DNA of 64,000 bases, from positions 5,537 through 69,536 of the IMG/VR virus record IMGVR_UViG_3300033068_000911; one strand, given 5' to 3'. Shown piece after piece: positions 19,678 through 29,157 of the stretch; positions within the stretch are counted from its first letter, which is position 1; the number at the start of each line of letters is the position of its first letter. The position numbers and the translations under genes are program-made. Origin of the DNA: a virus (taxonomy: Duplodnaviria > Caudoviricetes). The notes beneath the pieces are model-generated. The model was not told the origin of the DNA and ran no database searches. It saw nothing but the letters and a program-made list of their open reading frames with translations.

Positions 19678-20774
19678 TGTGGGCGACATCACCTGAGTTC
19701 GATATGGCACTCCATGCTGACTCGCGACGCTGGGGAACGAAGATTGAGATTCTCTACGGAACGGACGTTGTCCTAGCGAGCGATGTCGTCATCAGTGGGT
19801 ATGTCGGTCTCGATAATGTCGCCGTGCGCCGCGAGATTCACGTGACATTCGTGGATGCCGACGGTCTTCTCACTCCGACGAAGGCGACCGATCTTCTCGC
19901 GCCCAAAGGTACGGAGATGCGCGCATGGCGCGGTCTCTACATTCCACAGCGTGACGATTACGAATGGGTGCCCCTGGGCGTCTTCGGTGTCGTCAAGCCA
20001 GAGGTTCGTAGCCATAGCGATGGTGTCGTTCTTGAAGTCAAGGGTTTCGATCGCGTTGACTCTGTTCGCTCGCGTCGATTCACTGCACCGTGGGTCGTTC
20101 CGAAGGGAACGTTGGTCACGCAGGCGATCAGGGATATTGTGTCTTCGCGGCTCAATGTCCCGGCGCTTGTTGCTGCATCGAGTTTCACGACACCTGAAAT
20201 GGTGTTCGATCGCTTATCGAATCCCTGGGATGCGGTGCGAGCGCTTGCAGCAGCGTCCAGTATGGTCGCTAGTTTCGATCAACTCGGCTCATTGGTTATC
20301 GCACCAGCATCAGGTCAGGAAACGGGCGTTACGTACACTATTGGCCACGACAAGGCCACGCTTATGAATGTCAAGCGAACAATCGACGCATTGGACACTT
20401 ACTCAGGAGTTATGGTCCGTGGAGAGAATCCCGATCAAACCACATTCGCCGTTGAAAAATGGGACCTGGACCCGACGAGCCCGACATATGCCGATGGACC
20501 GTTTGGTCGCCGCCCTTATGGGTTCTTCTCTGAACTCATCACCACAACTGAGCAAGCGCAAGCTAAGGCGGATAGTCTATTCGCCGAACGAATAAAGATG
20601 CGCCAAGAGGTGGAGATTACGACGGTCGGCACCGTTGCGCATGATGTCGATGACATCATTCACGTCACAGACCCGCGATCGAAAACCGACGGTGACTACC
20701 GCATCATCTCGGGAACAGTGCCGCTTCGCCCAACTCAGGGTGACCTTATTCGTTGGCGATGCGAGGAGCGCTAA
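19677..20774 (+). CDS. Minor tail protein (DUF5047-like hub)
   Basis: LLAPKGTEMRAWRG, WVPLGVF and PTYADGPFGRRP motifs typical of actinophage DUF5047 proteins. Confidence 0.75.
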   Translation: MWATSPEFDMALHADSRRWGTKIEILYGTDVVLASDVVISGYVGLDNVAVRREIHVTFVDADGLLTPTKATDLLAPKGTEMRAWRGLYIPQRDDYEWVPLGVFGVVKPEVRSHSDGVVLEVKGFDRVDSVRSRRFTAPWVVPKGTLVTQAIRDIVSSRLNVPALVAASSFTTPEMVFDRLSNPWDAVRALAAASSMVASFDQLGSLVIAPASGQETGVTYTIGHDKATLMNVKRTIDALDTYSGVMVRGENPDQTTFAVEKWDLDPTSPTYADGPFGRRPYGFFSELITTTEQAQAKADSLFAERIKMRQEVEITTVGTVAHDVDDIIHVTDPRSKTDGDYRIISGTVPLRPTQGDLIRWRCEER

Positions 20775-21509
20775 ATGGCCGAATTGATGACAACACTGGC
20801 CGACCAGATCGCCGCTCCCGCAGACGCGCCGAGTGCTGCATTGCGGATCGGAACCATCACGGCTATCGAGGTTGGCGGATCGGGACGCGTGCAGACGGAC
20901 TCGACCCTCGGCGCATGGCTCTCCCGTGATGCCGACTCCTTGCTCTCGGTCGGTGACCGGGTGTGGATTCTTCAGCAAGGCACCGTCTGGCTCGTGTGCG
21001 GGCGCGTGGGCGTCGGCACAGGTGTCCCGGTAGGATCACTCACCCCGTACGCCGGATCGTCCAGCAGCGTGCCTCCTGGGTGGCTCTCGTGCGACGGGAG
21101 CGCCGTCAACAGGGCGACGTACGCCGCACTGTTCATGGCCATCGGGACGACCTACGGCAATGGCAACGGCTCCACGACGTTCAACCTGCCGAATCTGACG
21201 AACCGCATGCCAGTCGGCTCGGGTGGTGACTATGGACGCGGCTCGACGGGTGGCGCGTCCACTGTCACCTTGTCGGTCGCCCAGATGCCCGCACACAACC
21301 ACGGTGGCGCGGGCGACCACACGCACACCGGATCAATGGGCAGCGGTCGAGCGACGGTACAGTCAGGGTCCGGCATCATCGTGAGCAACGCAGGATATGT
21401 CGATTCGGGCGAAGCGGGCTGGCATACGCACGCAACGCAGGGGTCGGGTGCGGCTCACGAGAACATGCCGCCCTATGTCGCGATGCCGTGGATCATCCGA
21501 GCGCTCTAA
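20775..21509 (+). CDS. Tail fibre protein with tail collar domain
   Basis: PVGSLTPYAG...PPGWLSCDGSAVNRATYAALFMAIGTTYG.G.GSTTFNLPNL...HENMPPY is the canonical collar motif. Confidence 0.9.
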   Translation: MAELMTTLADQIAAPADAPSAALRIGTITAIEVGGSGRVQTDSTLGAWLSRDADSLLSVGDRVWILQQGTVWLVCGRVGVGTGVPVGSLTPYAGSSSSVPPGWLSCDGSAVNRATYAALFMAIGTTYGNGNGSTTFNLPNLTNRMPVGSGGDYGRGSTGGASTVTLSVAQMPAHNHGGAGDHTHTGSMGSGRATVQSGSGIIVSNAGYVDSGEAGWHTHATQGSGAAHENMPPYVAMPWIIRAL

Positions 21510-21534
21510 CCCTCGAACGTGTCACGATGCTTAG

Positions 21535-21957
21535 GTGAAGCATTTTCGCGATCTTGCGCTCAATTATCCGGTTGAGTGTGGCGTTACTTTGTGGGCCGCG
21601 ATCATCGGTCCCGTCTCGCTGTTAAGTTCGCCACCTTTTGTAACGATTTCCCGCCTACCTCCGATTGTCGGAGATGTGTGGTCCTGGTATATCACTTTCG
21701 CTGCCATCGCCATGATGCTGGGTCTGTACTACCGACGCATTTCGCCCGTGCTCTCCAATGCGATGCACCTTATGGCGGCGGGATTGGCGGTCTATGGATC
21801 GACAATCATCGGCTTTACATCGTTCTGGGCAGGCGGTGCAACGGGAACTCTCGCACTCATCATCGCTACTGTGTGCGTACTTCGGGCGATCAATCTTCGG
21901 GCTAAGTTCAGACTATTGCTGGCCGACGTGGAAATCGAGAACGGCAGGTGTCGGTAA
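21535..21957 (+). CDS. Multi-pass membrane protein (lysis cassette, holin-like)
   Basis: About four hydrophobic segments, basic C-terminus, directly after the tail genes. Confidence 0.55.
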   Translation: MKHFRDLALNYPVECGVTLWAAIIGPVSLLSSPPFVTISRLPPIVGDVWSWYITFAAIAMMLGLYYRRISPVLSNAMHLMAAGLAVYGSTIIGFTSFWAGGATGTLALIIATVCVLRAINLRAKFRLLLADVEIENGRCR

Positions 21958-21960
21958 AGC

Positions 21961-22392
21961 ATGACGCCACCACAAGTCGAATTGGATACCTGGATCACAG
22001 CACTTCTCGCATTACTCTCGGGTGGCGGTGCGAAATTCGTCTGGGATACCTACAAGGATTATCGAAACCTGCCAAGCAGAGCGCGGCGACAGGCGGCGGA
22101 CATCGACACGAGCATCCTTACGGTGGCCAGGGCGCGGGATGAACTCGAAGAGGACAACGTTCGCATCCGGCAAACACTGGCTGAAGAACGTAAGCAATGG
22201 TCGGAGGAGCGCGAGCGCTACCAAACCGATCGTCTCTCCTGGTATGAAGAGCGCAAATCTCTCCATGGGGAGATAGAGACGCTTCGCGAGCGCATCCGCA
22301 CACAGCGGGACGAAGACGCCGCCCGCTACGAAAAACTTCTGGCTGACGTGGCCAGATTGTCCAGCCTCACAAACGAGGCTCCGGCACAGTAA
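21961..22392 (+). CDS. Membrane-anchored coiled-coil protein (holin-associated)
   Basis: One N-terminal TM segment followed by a charged coiled coil. Confidence 0.55.
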   Translation: MTPPQVELDTWITALLALLSGGGAKFVWDTYKDYRNLPSRARRQAADIDTSILTVARARDELEEDNVRIRQTLAEERKQWSEERERYQTDRLSWYEERKSLHGEIETLRERIRTQRDEDAARYEKLLADVARLSSLTNEAPAQ

Positions 22393-22395
22393 GGA

Positions 22396-22905
22396 ATGAC
22401 CATCATGCAGTATGCCCGCAAGGCGATCCTCTATGTCCTGACGACCGTCCTCGGAACGAATCTCGCCGCGTTCGCCCTGCGTGGCGAGTGGACGAGCGAT
22501 AACTCGTGGACCCTGGGCATCACGGTCCTTGGCGCGGTCCTCGTGTACTTCAAGGCCAACACGCCCGACGACCCGCACGCCAAGTACTGGCTGGCGCTGA
22601 TCGTCCCCGGCCTCCTCGCGATCCAGGCGGCGATCAGCGACTCCACCTTCACTGCCGACGAGGTGGCACCCATCCTCCTGGCCTTCCTGGGGGCCTTGCA
22701 GGTCCGGGATGCAGCCAACGTTGGGGATGCCCTCGATCGGGCCGCAGCGGGCCAGGGCGCGGGTCTCGCCTCCACGACTGGCGACGCAGCCGCAGGCGGG
22801 GGCCAGGGCGCGGGTCTCGCCGCCTCTCCTGGCGACGCAGCCGCAGGCGGGGGCCAGGGCGCGGGGGTCGCCTCCACGACTGGCGAAATTGCCGATGTGA
22901 CCTAG
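22396..22905 (+). CDS. Holin-like protein with repetitive C-terminal tail
   Basis: Four short TM segments in a duplicated two-TM pattern; tail of 17-aa repeats. Confidence 0.6.
   Translation: MTIMQYARKAILYVLTTVLGTNLAAFALRGEWTSDNSWTLGITVLGAVLVYFKANTPDDPHAKYWLALIVPGLLAIQAAISDSTFTADEVAPILLAFLGALQVRDAANVGDALDRAAAGQGAGLASTTGDAAAGGGQGAGLAASPGDAAAGGGQGAGVASTTGEIADVT
22741..22880 (+). repeat. About 2.7 tandem 51-bp units, each with GGCCAGGGCG
   Basis: The motif starts at 22750, 22801 and 22852, exactly 51 bp apart. Confidence 0.85.
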
Positions 22906-22921
22906 GTCACGAAAATCACCC

Positions 22922-22960
22922 AAGGGGGGGCACGAGAGCGGAAAATCTCGTGCCCCCCTT
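22922..22960 (+). terminator. Strong hairpin ending the structural/lysis operon
   Basis: aagggggggcacgaga / tctcgtgcccccctt stem; no U-tract. Confidence 0.5.
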
Positions 22961-23143
22961 CGCATGCCCCCTGACCTGCGAAAACGCGAAGAGGGGGCAG
23001 GGGGGGGCAGCTTTTTGCCCCACCCTATCCATCGTGTAGGCGCGGGGGGAAGGATAGGGAAACTGCCCCCCCTGCCCCCAAGGCTTACCTAATTTTGGCT
23101 CTGACCAGCAGTTTGTACATATGTGCGGGGGCACGGGGGGCAT
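22931..23143. repeat. G/C-tract locus A (inverted copy of 55797..56008)
   Basis: The reverse complement shares an about 60-bp block (ttaggtaagccttgggggcagggggggcagtttc.ctatccttccccccgcgcc) and a 31-bp block (ccctgccccctcttcgcgttttcgcaggtca) with locus B. Confidence 0.85.
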
Positions 23144-23378
23144 GGCGTCAGTAAACGCTGACGAAGACCCCTGAGGTGACTAGGAGAAATGCCACCTGCT
23201 ACTATGCGCCGCCCCCGGAAGGACCCTGCCGCAGCCGCCGCCGCCCGCCCTGGCCCCCGGAGCGAGTTCGACTGCGAGACAAGCGTTTTGGACGATCGCC
23301 CAATTCAGAGTCCACTACTGCTTGTGGTACGCTTAACCACGCAACCGACACCCAAACGACGAGGGGATTCGCACAGAA

Positions 23379-23663
23379 ATGCACATCGTTACGGAAATGA
23401 CCCTTGCGGCACCCGCCGCGTTCGACATTGACAGGGGCCTAGGCAACCTGGAAAAGCTTGCTGTTGGCATCGCCACGGCTTTCTTCATTCTCCTGGGCGC
23501 GGCGATTCTCCTGCGAGGATTGAGGTCTCAACAGGTTTCCAAGGCAGCGGATGGGGCCATAATCGGCATCTTCGCGGCTATTCCGATTGCGCTTGGCCTC
23601 GGTGGAATTGTTTACTTCACCGGGATCGGTACGGGAGTGCTGAAGTTCTTCGGCGCGATCTAA
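23379..23663 (+). CDS. Pilin/TcpD-like small membrane protein
   Basis: 94 aa, two TM segments, first gene before the VirB4-type cluster. Confidence 0.5.
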   Translation: MHIVTEMTLAAPAAFDIDRGLGNLEKLAVGIATAFFILLGAAILLRGLRSQQVSKAADGAIIGIFAAIPIALGLGGIVYFTGIGTGVLKFFGAI

Positions 23664-24178
23664 TGCCGCAGTACAGCGACGACGATGCACGGAACCTCCG
23701 CGCTGTTTACCTTGGCCCGGAGGGCTTTCGCGCCCTTCAAGATTTCACCTACATGCAGTATGGGGTGAGCATCGCTCTCGGATTCATCCTTGGCATCCCG
23801 ATTGCTTACCTCATCCCGGCGATCATCACTATCGGGGTAGTTGGATGGATCATCGCATCGTTCGCTTCTCGGTTTTTCGAGAGGCGAACGCTTATTCATT
23901 GGACGACGTTCTCAATGTTCGTCTCGCTCTACCTCCTGCTCGACCCTAGCCCCGCTCACTGGATTCTGCCGCTGAACATCTTTGCCACTCTGGCACTGGT
24001 GCTTGTCGCGGCGAATGTCATTACGGCGAAGGTCGGCAAGCACATCACCGGGGAGCGTCCGATCGGCCACTGGCTATCACTCCCCATGAAGGTCGCGGAT
24101 GCTCCGCGACGAAACAGCGGAAGCCGCACGGGGGTGGCTTACGCGCTAACGACGAAGCGTAAGAGGTTCAGGAAGTGA
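23663..24178 (+). CDS. TcpE/VirB3-like membrane protein
   Basis: Multi-TM protein with basic tail, translationally coupled to the VirB4-like ATPase. Confidence 0.55.
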   Translation: MPQYSDDDARNLRAVYLGPEGFRALQDFTYMQYGVSIALGFILGIPIAYLIPAIITIGVVGWIIASFASRFFERRTLIHWTTFSMFVSLYLLLDPSPAHWILPLNIFATLALVLVAANVITAKVGKHITGERPIGHWLSLPMKVADAPRRNSGSRTGVAYALTTKRKRFRK

Positions 24179-26751
24179 ACGATTCACAAGTCTCGAAGAA
24201 TGTGCGGCAGATGGTCGGGAATCTGCTTCTCACGAAGTCTGGCAAGGTTCTTGCTGGATACCGGATTCCCGATGTTCGCTGGGCATTTACGACGCAATCT
24301 GCAAAACAGCACCTCATCCACATCTCATCGGAATGTTGGGCTAATCTGGCATTGCCGAAGGGGCGTGCGTTCCACGAGTACGTGACGACTCAGCCGTTCC
24401 CCGTGACGGCGTGGGCACGGCAGTTGGACTTGCGCCACCCGAATCCACTGCCGGATATCCATACATGCGAAGGATTCACTGAACATGACATGAACCTTGG
24501 TCTCTGTGGATGCGAGACCTGGAATGGCCACCTGGCGCGCACTCAGCAGCGAGCGGCCCGATGCGGCCAGGGGATCAAGCGAACCTATCGTTACGTCGAG
24601 ATTGGGAAGATTGGTCCACTTGAACGCCTCTCGGGTCGAAAGCTCGAAGAGCTCCGCAGGGAGGAGGCCGTGATCCGTGCGCTCATCGGTGGGTGGAATC
24701 CGGTTCCGCTGACCGAGCGCCAGCAGGCCTGGCTGCGACTACGCGCCCTGGCCCCCGGTGTCATTCCGTCAGAACTTCCCACATCCGATGAAGGATATGA
24801 CGAGGCCGATCTTGACGCGATGGCTTCACCTATCCGCTGGGATGAAGACGAGTTCGCACGGCATATCGTTACGACGACATTCCGTGAGGGTAAGCCGATA
24901 GAGCGGGCGGTTCAGCCCGTTTCGGTGACCCGCTTCCGGAAGATGACTTATCCGGAGAATCAGATCGAACCGTGGCAAGCGTTCGCAGAGCGGGCGATGG
25001 ACCCGCGAAAGATGCCTTTCCCGGTTTCATGGTCCATCTCTGGTGAGGTTCACCCTGGCGAGGATTTTGCCGGTAAGGCGGATCGTCGCTTTCGCCTCGC
25101 AGTCAATCTTGGACGTGACTACCGCAAGCACGGCGAGGTTCCGCCCGATCATATCGAACGTGGGATCAAGGCGGCATTCCGCGCACGCGAAGAGGTGTCC
25201 GGCAACGACGCGGCGAAGGCCGTGCGGATTCCCTGCACAATTGATGCCATCGTTTATGGTGAGGCGCATGGTGACTTGACAGCCTCGCAGGTTGTGGAGG
25301 AGCGCTCCGCTGCACTCATGCGACTCTACGGGGCACCGCCACTGAAAATCGGCATGGCAATTGATTACGTGCCGTGGAGTCGGATGCTTGCGACGATCCC
25401 CGGCGAAGAGCGCGAGCGCACTCGATTTCAGCGGGAGATGCGCGCCGATCAACTCGCAGTAGGCATGCCCAACGTTTCCTCATCAGTTGGCGATGGTGTT
25501 GGGCCATACATCGGATACACGCGGGATGCTGCACAGTCTTCCGTGCATATCGACTCGCACTATGCCACAGCAGGCCAGGGCGCGCTTGGGCGCGGCCAGA
25601 ACTTCTGGCTCGTTGTCGCGACCCTTGGCGGCGGAAAGTCGATGTTCGCTGGGAAGCGCGCCTACGAGGATGTACGGCTCGGGAAGCGTGTCATTATTGT
25701 TGATCCGTCCGGACCTCTCCGAAAGCTGTGCTATTTGCCGGAATTCGCTGGTTCACAGGATGTCAACCTTCTCGAAGGTCATCCGGGCATGATGAATCCG
25801 TGTGCGCTGATTCGTGAACCGAAGCGTCGCGAATTCGACAGTGAGGAAGATTGGAAGGCGGCGGTAGCTCGGGCGTCACGCGAGCGCCGCGCATTGCTCA
25901 TCGACTCGGCGCGGCGCATGCTTCCGCCCGACCTGTACGAGGATGCACGGACTCCTGGACTTCTCATCAGTACGTGTCGTGGAAAGATGTTCACTCAACA
26001 GGATTCGATTTGGTGGCTTATCAATCGGCTCAATGAGCGTCGCGATCCGCTCGCGAATTCTATTGCTTCCGCACTGATCGACGCAGCCGAGATTCCCGGA
26101 TTTGAACTCCTGTTCCCTGACCATTCATCGACTGAACACATGGCCGTGAGGTCCGATGCGCCACTGACGGTCATCTCGATGCCAGGACTTCAGCGGGCCG
26201 ACGACACGATCGCGCGCGCCTCGTGGTCCGAGTCGGAGCAGGCGGCAGACCTTCTCTGGCGTCTTGCGTCGTTCTACGTGGATCGCCTGGCTTATGACAA
26301 GCCGATGGGTGAGCCGATCACGCTCATTTTCGATGAAGCGGAATCCATGATGGATACAGGTATCGGGCGCTCGCGCATGAATCGCTTGGGCCGGGATCAC
26401 TCGAAGTGGAATATGCATATTCTGTTCCTTCTGAAGTCCCTGACTGAGCAAATGCTCTCTGGTGAACTGCGCAACTTCATTGGCGGCGTGCTTCTCGGCA
26501 AGCAGGTGGATCTAGATACGGCGAGGAACCTTCTACGCTTGGTCAACATTGCCGATGAATCCTATGCTCAGATGATGCTCAAGTTGAGCACGACCTATCC
26601 AGGCGAGTTCATCGTCAGCGACTACGACCGGAATGCCGGAACAATGCGAGTCGATCTGGAATATCAGCCGAGGCTGAAATCTGTGCTTCTCACCGATCCA
26701 GCGAAGGAAGGTAGCGACCACTGGTCATCTCTGATCGAGGAAGAGGTCTGA
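24175..26751 (+). CDS. virB4: VirB4/TcpF/ConE-like conjugation ATPase
   Basis: 858 aa; Walker A TLGGGKS, RVIIVDPSG, Walker B LIFDEAE, RLGRDHSKWN, C-terminal GEFIVSDYDRNAGTMRVD. Confidence 0.85.
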   Translation: MNDSQVSKNVRQMVGNLLLTKSGKVLAGYRIPDVRWAFTTQSAKQHLIHISSECWANLALPKGRAFHEYVTTQPFPVTAWARQLDLRHPNPLPDIHTCEGFTEHDMNLGLCGCETWNGHLARTQQRAARCGQGIKRTYRYVEIGKIGPLERLSGRKLEELRREEAVIRALIGGWNPVPLTERQQAWLRLRALAPGVIPSELPTSDEGYDEADLDAMASPIRWDEDEFARHIVTTTFREGKPIERAVQPVSVTRFRKMTYPENQIEPWQAFAERAMDPRKMPFPVSWSISGEVHPGEDFAGKADRRFRLAVNLGRDYRKHGEVPPDHIERGIKAAFRAREEVSGNDAAKAVRIPCTIDAIVYGEAHGDLTASQVVEERSAALMRLYGAPPLKIGMAIDYVPWSRMLATIPGEERERTRFQREMRADQLAVGMPNVSSSVGDGVGPYIGYTRDAAQSSVHIDSHYATAGQGALGRGQNFWLVVATLGGGKSMFAGKRAYEDVRLGKRVIIVDPSGPLRKLCYLPEFAGSQDVNLLEGHPGMMNPCALIREPKRREFDSEEDWKAAVARASRERRALLIDSARRMLPPDLYEDARTPGLLISTCRGKMFTQQDSIWWLINRLNERRDPLANSIASALIDAAEIPGFELLFPDHSSTEHMAVRSDAPLTVISMPGLQRADDTIARASWSESEQAADLLWRLASFYVDRLAYDKPMGEPITLIFDEAESMMDTGIGRSRMNRLGRDHSKWNMHILFLLKSLTEQMLSGELRNFIGGVLLGKQVDLDTARNLLRLVNIADESYAQMMLKLSTTYPGEFIVSDYDRNAGTMRVDLEYQPRLKSVLLTDPAKEGSDHWSSLIEEEV

Positions 26752-28601
26752 TGCGCCGCGCCCTCGCCGCAGTTGCCCTCGCCCTGGCCTGCCTGACGTT
26801 CGCCGGTGGCTCCGCGTCTGCCGCACCCTCGCACCCGTCGATTGACATTCTCTGCAAGACACCCGCACCACCTGCGCAGGTACCGGGCAGTGGGCTTCGT
26901 GGCACGATGGGTGAAACGCGGCCTGATGATGCGGTCATTGATGCAAACAAGACGCTTCGCACTGACAACATCCTCGCAAACGGAGGATACGCCGGTCTTG
27001 AATCCACGGCGTATGACAACGGATGCGATGTTGATCCGACGAAACTCTATGATCGTATGGAAACGTCGATGCGCCTGAGTAAGGTCAATGCGATCGTGGC
27101 TTTCGGTCAGGGAATCTCGACACTCACGACAGCCATCGAGGCAAAGGTGTGGAGTCCCGACTGGATCGCTGGTCTTCTCGGACGTCTGGCAAAAGATGCG
27201 ATCACCCTGGTTTGGGATCGGTTCTGGGTTGCCGGGATGGTTTCGATTGGCCTCATCGCAACGACGGCAGCCTTGCTCTATCGAGCGATTCGCAACGATC
27301 CTTCCGGTGTCATCGGTGGCCTTGCTTGGATGGGGATCGTTCTCATCGGTTCGTCGTTCATCCTAGTGAATCCTATCGCCATCCCATCGGCTACCGTCGC
27401 AGCGGGGCAGTCGTTCGTCAATTCGATCAACTCTGGCTCTCAGGCCGAAACGGCGGCGACGGCGGTGCAGTATTCCGGATACTTGCGCCGAACGTTCGGA
27501 AGCGAAGATTCTGCGCTTGCGAAGGAATACGGGATTCCACTTCTCGCCGCTTCGCGTCTCTCGTGGGCCGAAGAGCGTGACACGGCCAACGATCCAAAGG
27601 CACGCGATGCGCTCATGGCGAAAGATGCAGCGGCATTCAAGAAGATTGCCGACGACATCAAGGAGCGCAGCCCGAATGACGTCTATCCGCGAATCCAGGG
27701 CCAGAAGCAAAGTTCAGGTGAAGCGCTATTCGAGGCGGTGGCGGCATTGTTTGTCAACCTGTTCCGGCTCATGACAGCATCGGTTGTTTTCATCGGTGCG
27801 ATCTTCATGGTAATTCTCGGAATCACGTGGCTCACAGCAGCGGCATACACAGTGACACCAGCGGGGCAAGCATTCGGTCGGTCACTATTCGACAAGATGA
27901 TGCTTTGCATTGCTAACATCGTCGTCTGTGCGATCGGAGCATGGCTTTACATCCTATGGACGCAATATGCCCTAGCGCCAGGAAACCCCGACTGGCTCGC
28001 AGTGTTCCTCATGGTTGTGGGAACCGTCGTTTTCTGGACTGCCGTGCGCCCAGATCGCAAGATGCTCTCGCTCATGTCGCTTGGACATATTTCGCCCACA
28101 AGTCAGCGAGGCTTGGGCCGACTCCTGAAGGGGCTCGCCTTCTCCTGGCTCGCCGGACGCGTCGCTGGTGAAACACTCAGGGAAGACAGGGAGTCGGAGG
28201 CCAGGCCAGACCCGACGCCCACTGAGCCGCCCGTCGTTGCGCCACCACCGCTCGCCATCGAGGCCGGACCGTCGCTCGCTCCGCAGGCCATCGAGGCGGC
28301 ACCCACGGAGCGTATCGTCCACGAAGGCGAAGTCATCCACCACGGAGAGCCGGGAGAAGGCGGCTTGCCGCAGAGTGCCGAACCGACGCCGGATGTCGTG
28401 GAGGGCGAGGTCATTTATCGCGAGCCGGAGCAACTGCCGGACGGGACGACGCCGTACCAGCGTCCGCTCGACGATGAGGATTCCGCCTCATCGCCACCGT
28501 CCGGAGCAGTCGGAGAGGTGGAACTCTACAATCGACCCGAAGGCTTTGCAGATTCCGACGAATCTGATACTGTCGCAACAGGATCAAGCGAAGGGAAGTG
28601 A
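26751..28601 (+). CDS. VirB6/TcpH/ConG-like channel protein
   Basis: Signal peptide, extracellular domain, several TM helices, long Pro/Glu-rich tail; follows VirB4. Confidence 0.7.
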   Translation: MRRALAAVALALACLTFAGGSASAAPSHPSIDILCKTPAPPAQVPGSGLRGTMGETRPDDAVIDANKTLRTDNILANGGYAGLESTAYDNGCDVDPTKLYDRMETSMRLSKVNAIVAFGQGISTLTTAIEAKVWSPDWIAGLLGRLAKDAITLVWDRFWVAGMVSIGLIATTAALLYRAIRNDPSGVIGGLAWMGIVLIGSSFILVNPIAIPSATVAAGQSFVNSINSGSQAETAATAVQYSGYLRRTFGSEDSALAKEYGIPLLAASRLSWAEERDTANDPKARDALMAKDAAAFKKIADDIKERSPNDVYPRIQGQKQSSGEALFEAVAALFVNLFRLMTASVVFIGAIFMVILGITWLTAAAYTVTPAGQAFGRSLFDKMMLCIANIVVCAIGAWLYILWTQYALAPGNPDWLAVFLMVVGTVVFWTAVRPDRKMLSLMSLGHISPTSQRGLGRLLKGLAFSWLAGRVAGETLREDRESEARPDPTPTEPPVVAPPPLAIEAGPSLAPQAIEAAPTERIVHEGEVIHHGEPGEGGLPQSAEPTPDVVEGEVIYREPEQLPDGTTPYQRPLDDEDSASSPPSGAVGEVELYNRPEGFADSDESDTVATGSSEGK

Positions 28602-28602
28602 A

Positions 28603-29157
28603 ATGCCGAAGACAAGCGAACTGCTCAAGAAGGCTCTCAGCAACGGGCGAACCGCACGAAAAGTGCGGCTTGCCGTCATAGCGACTCTCGTTCTGCTCGT
28701 CTTCGTCATGTGGGGCATCAAGTCAGGGTTGAGTGCCAGGGAGGGCCAGGGCGCGGGTGAGGTGGCGTCGCCCACCCCGACGCGCACCTATGATGCCGAC
28801 CTCCTGCCGCCGACGACGGGAGCAACGTCAGTGCCGGACGCATCGACGCCGCGCCCTCCCGGCACTCTCATGGCTGCATATATGACCGTGCGTGAGGCGG
28901 CAGAGCTTTTCCTCAAGGGTGACGCACTGTCGTTCGCGAATCTCGCAGACGGCGAGACGGGCAAGAAGGTGGCGGCATCCGAGCCGCCCCCGCCTGGCCT
29001 CGTGATCGAGGAAATCACCGGTGTTGACGACCCGAACAGTCCGTTTATCCAGGAGGGCACTGTCAAGACATCGGGCGGGCATGCCTGGTCACTTCAGGTG
29101 ACTTGGAGCGATGAGCGCCAACGGTGGCTGGTCAGTAACGTCGAGTACCTGCCGTGA
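28603..29157 (+). CDS. Bitopic membrane protein, TcpC/VirB8-like
   Basis: Basic N-terminus, one TM, Pro/Thr linker, small NTF2-like-looking domain ending WSLQVTWSDERQRWLVSNV. Confidence 0.5.
   Translation: MPKTSELLKKALSNGRTARKVRLAVIATLVLLVFVMWGIKSGLSAREGQGAGEVASPTPTRTYDADLLPPTTGATSVPDASTPRPPGTLMAAYMTVREAAELFLKGDALSFANLADGETGKKVAASEPPPPGLVIEEITGVDDPNSPFIQEGTVKTSGGHAWSLQVTWSDERQRWLVSNVEYLP

Noticed and set aside
23189-23431. 80-aa ORF with AGGAG SD upstream of the T4SS operon
   Set aside because: Low-complexity, overlaps the pilin-like gene out of frame and has no recognisable motif. It may be real but is not supportable.
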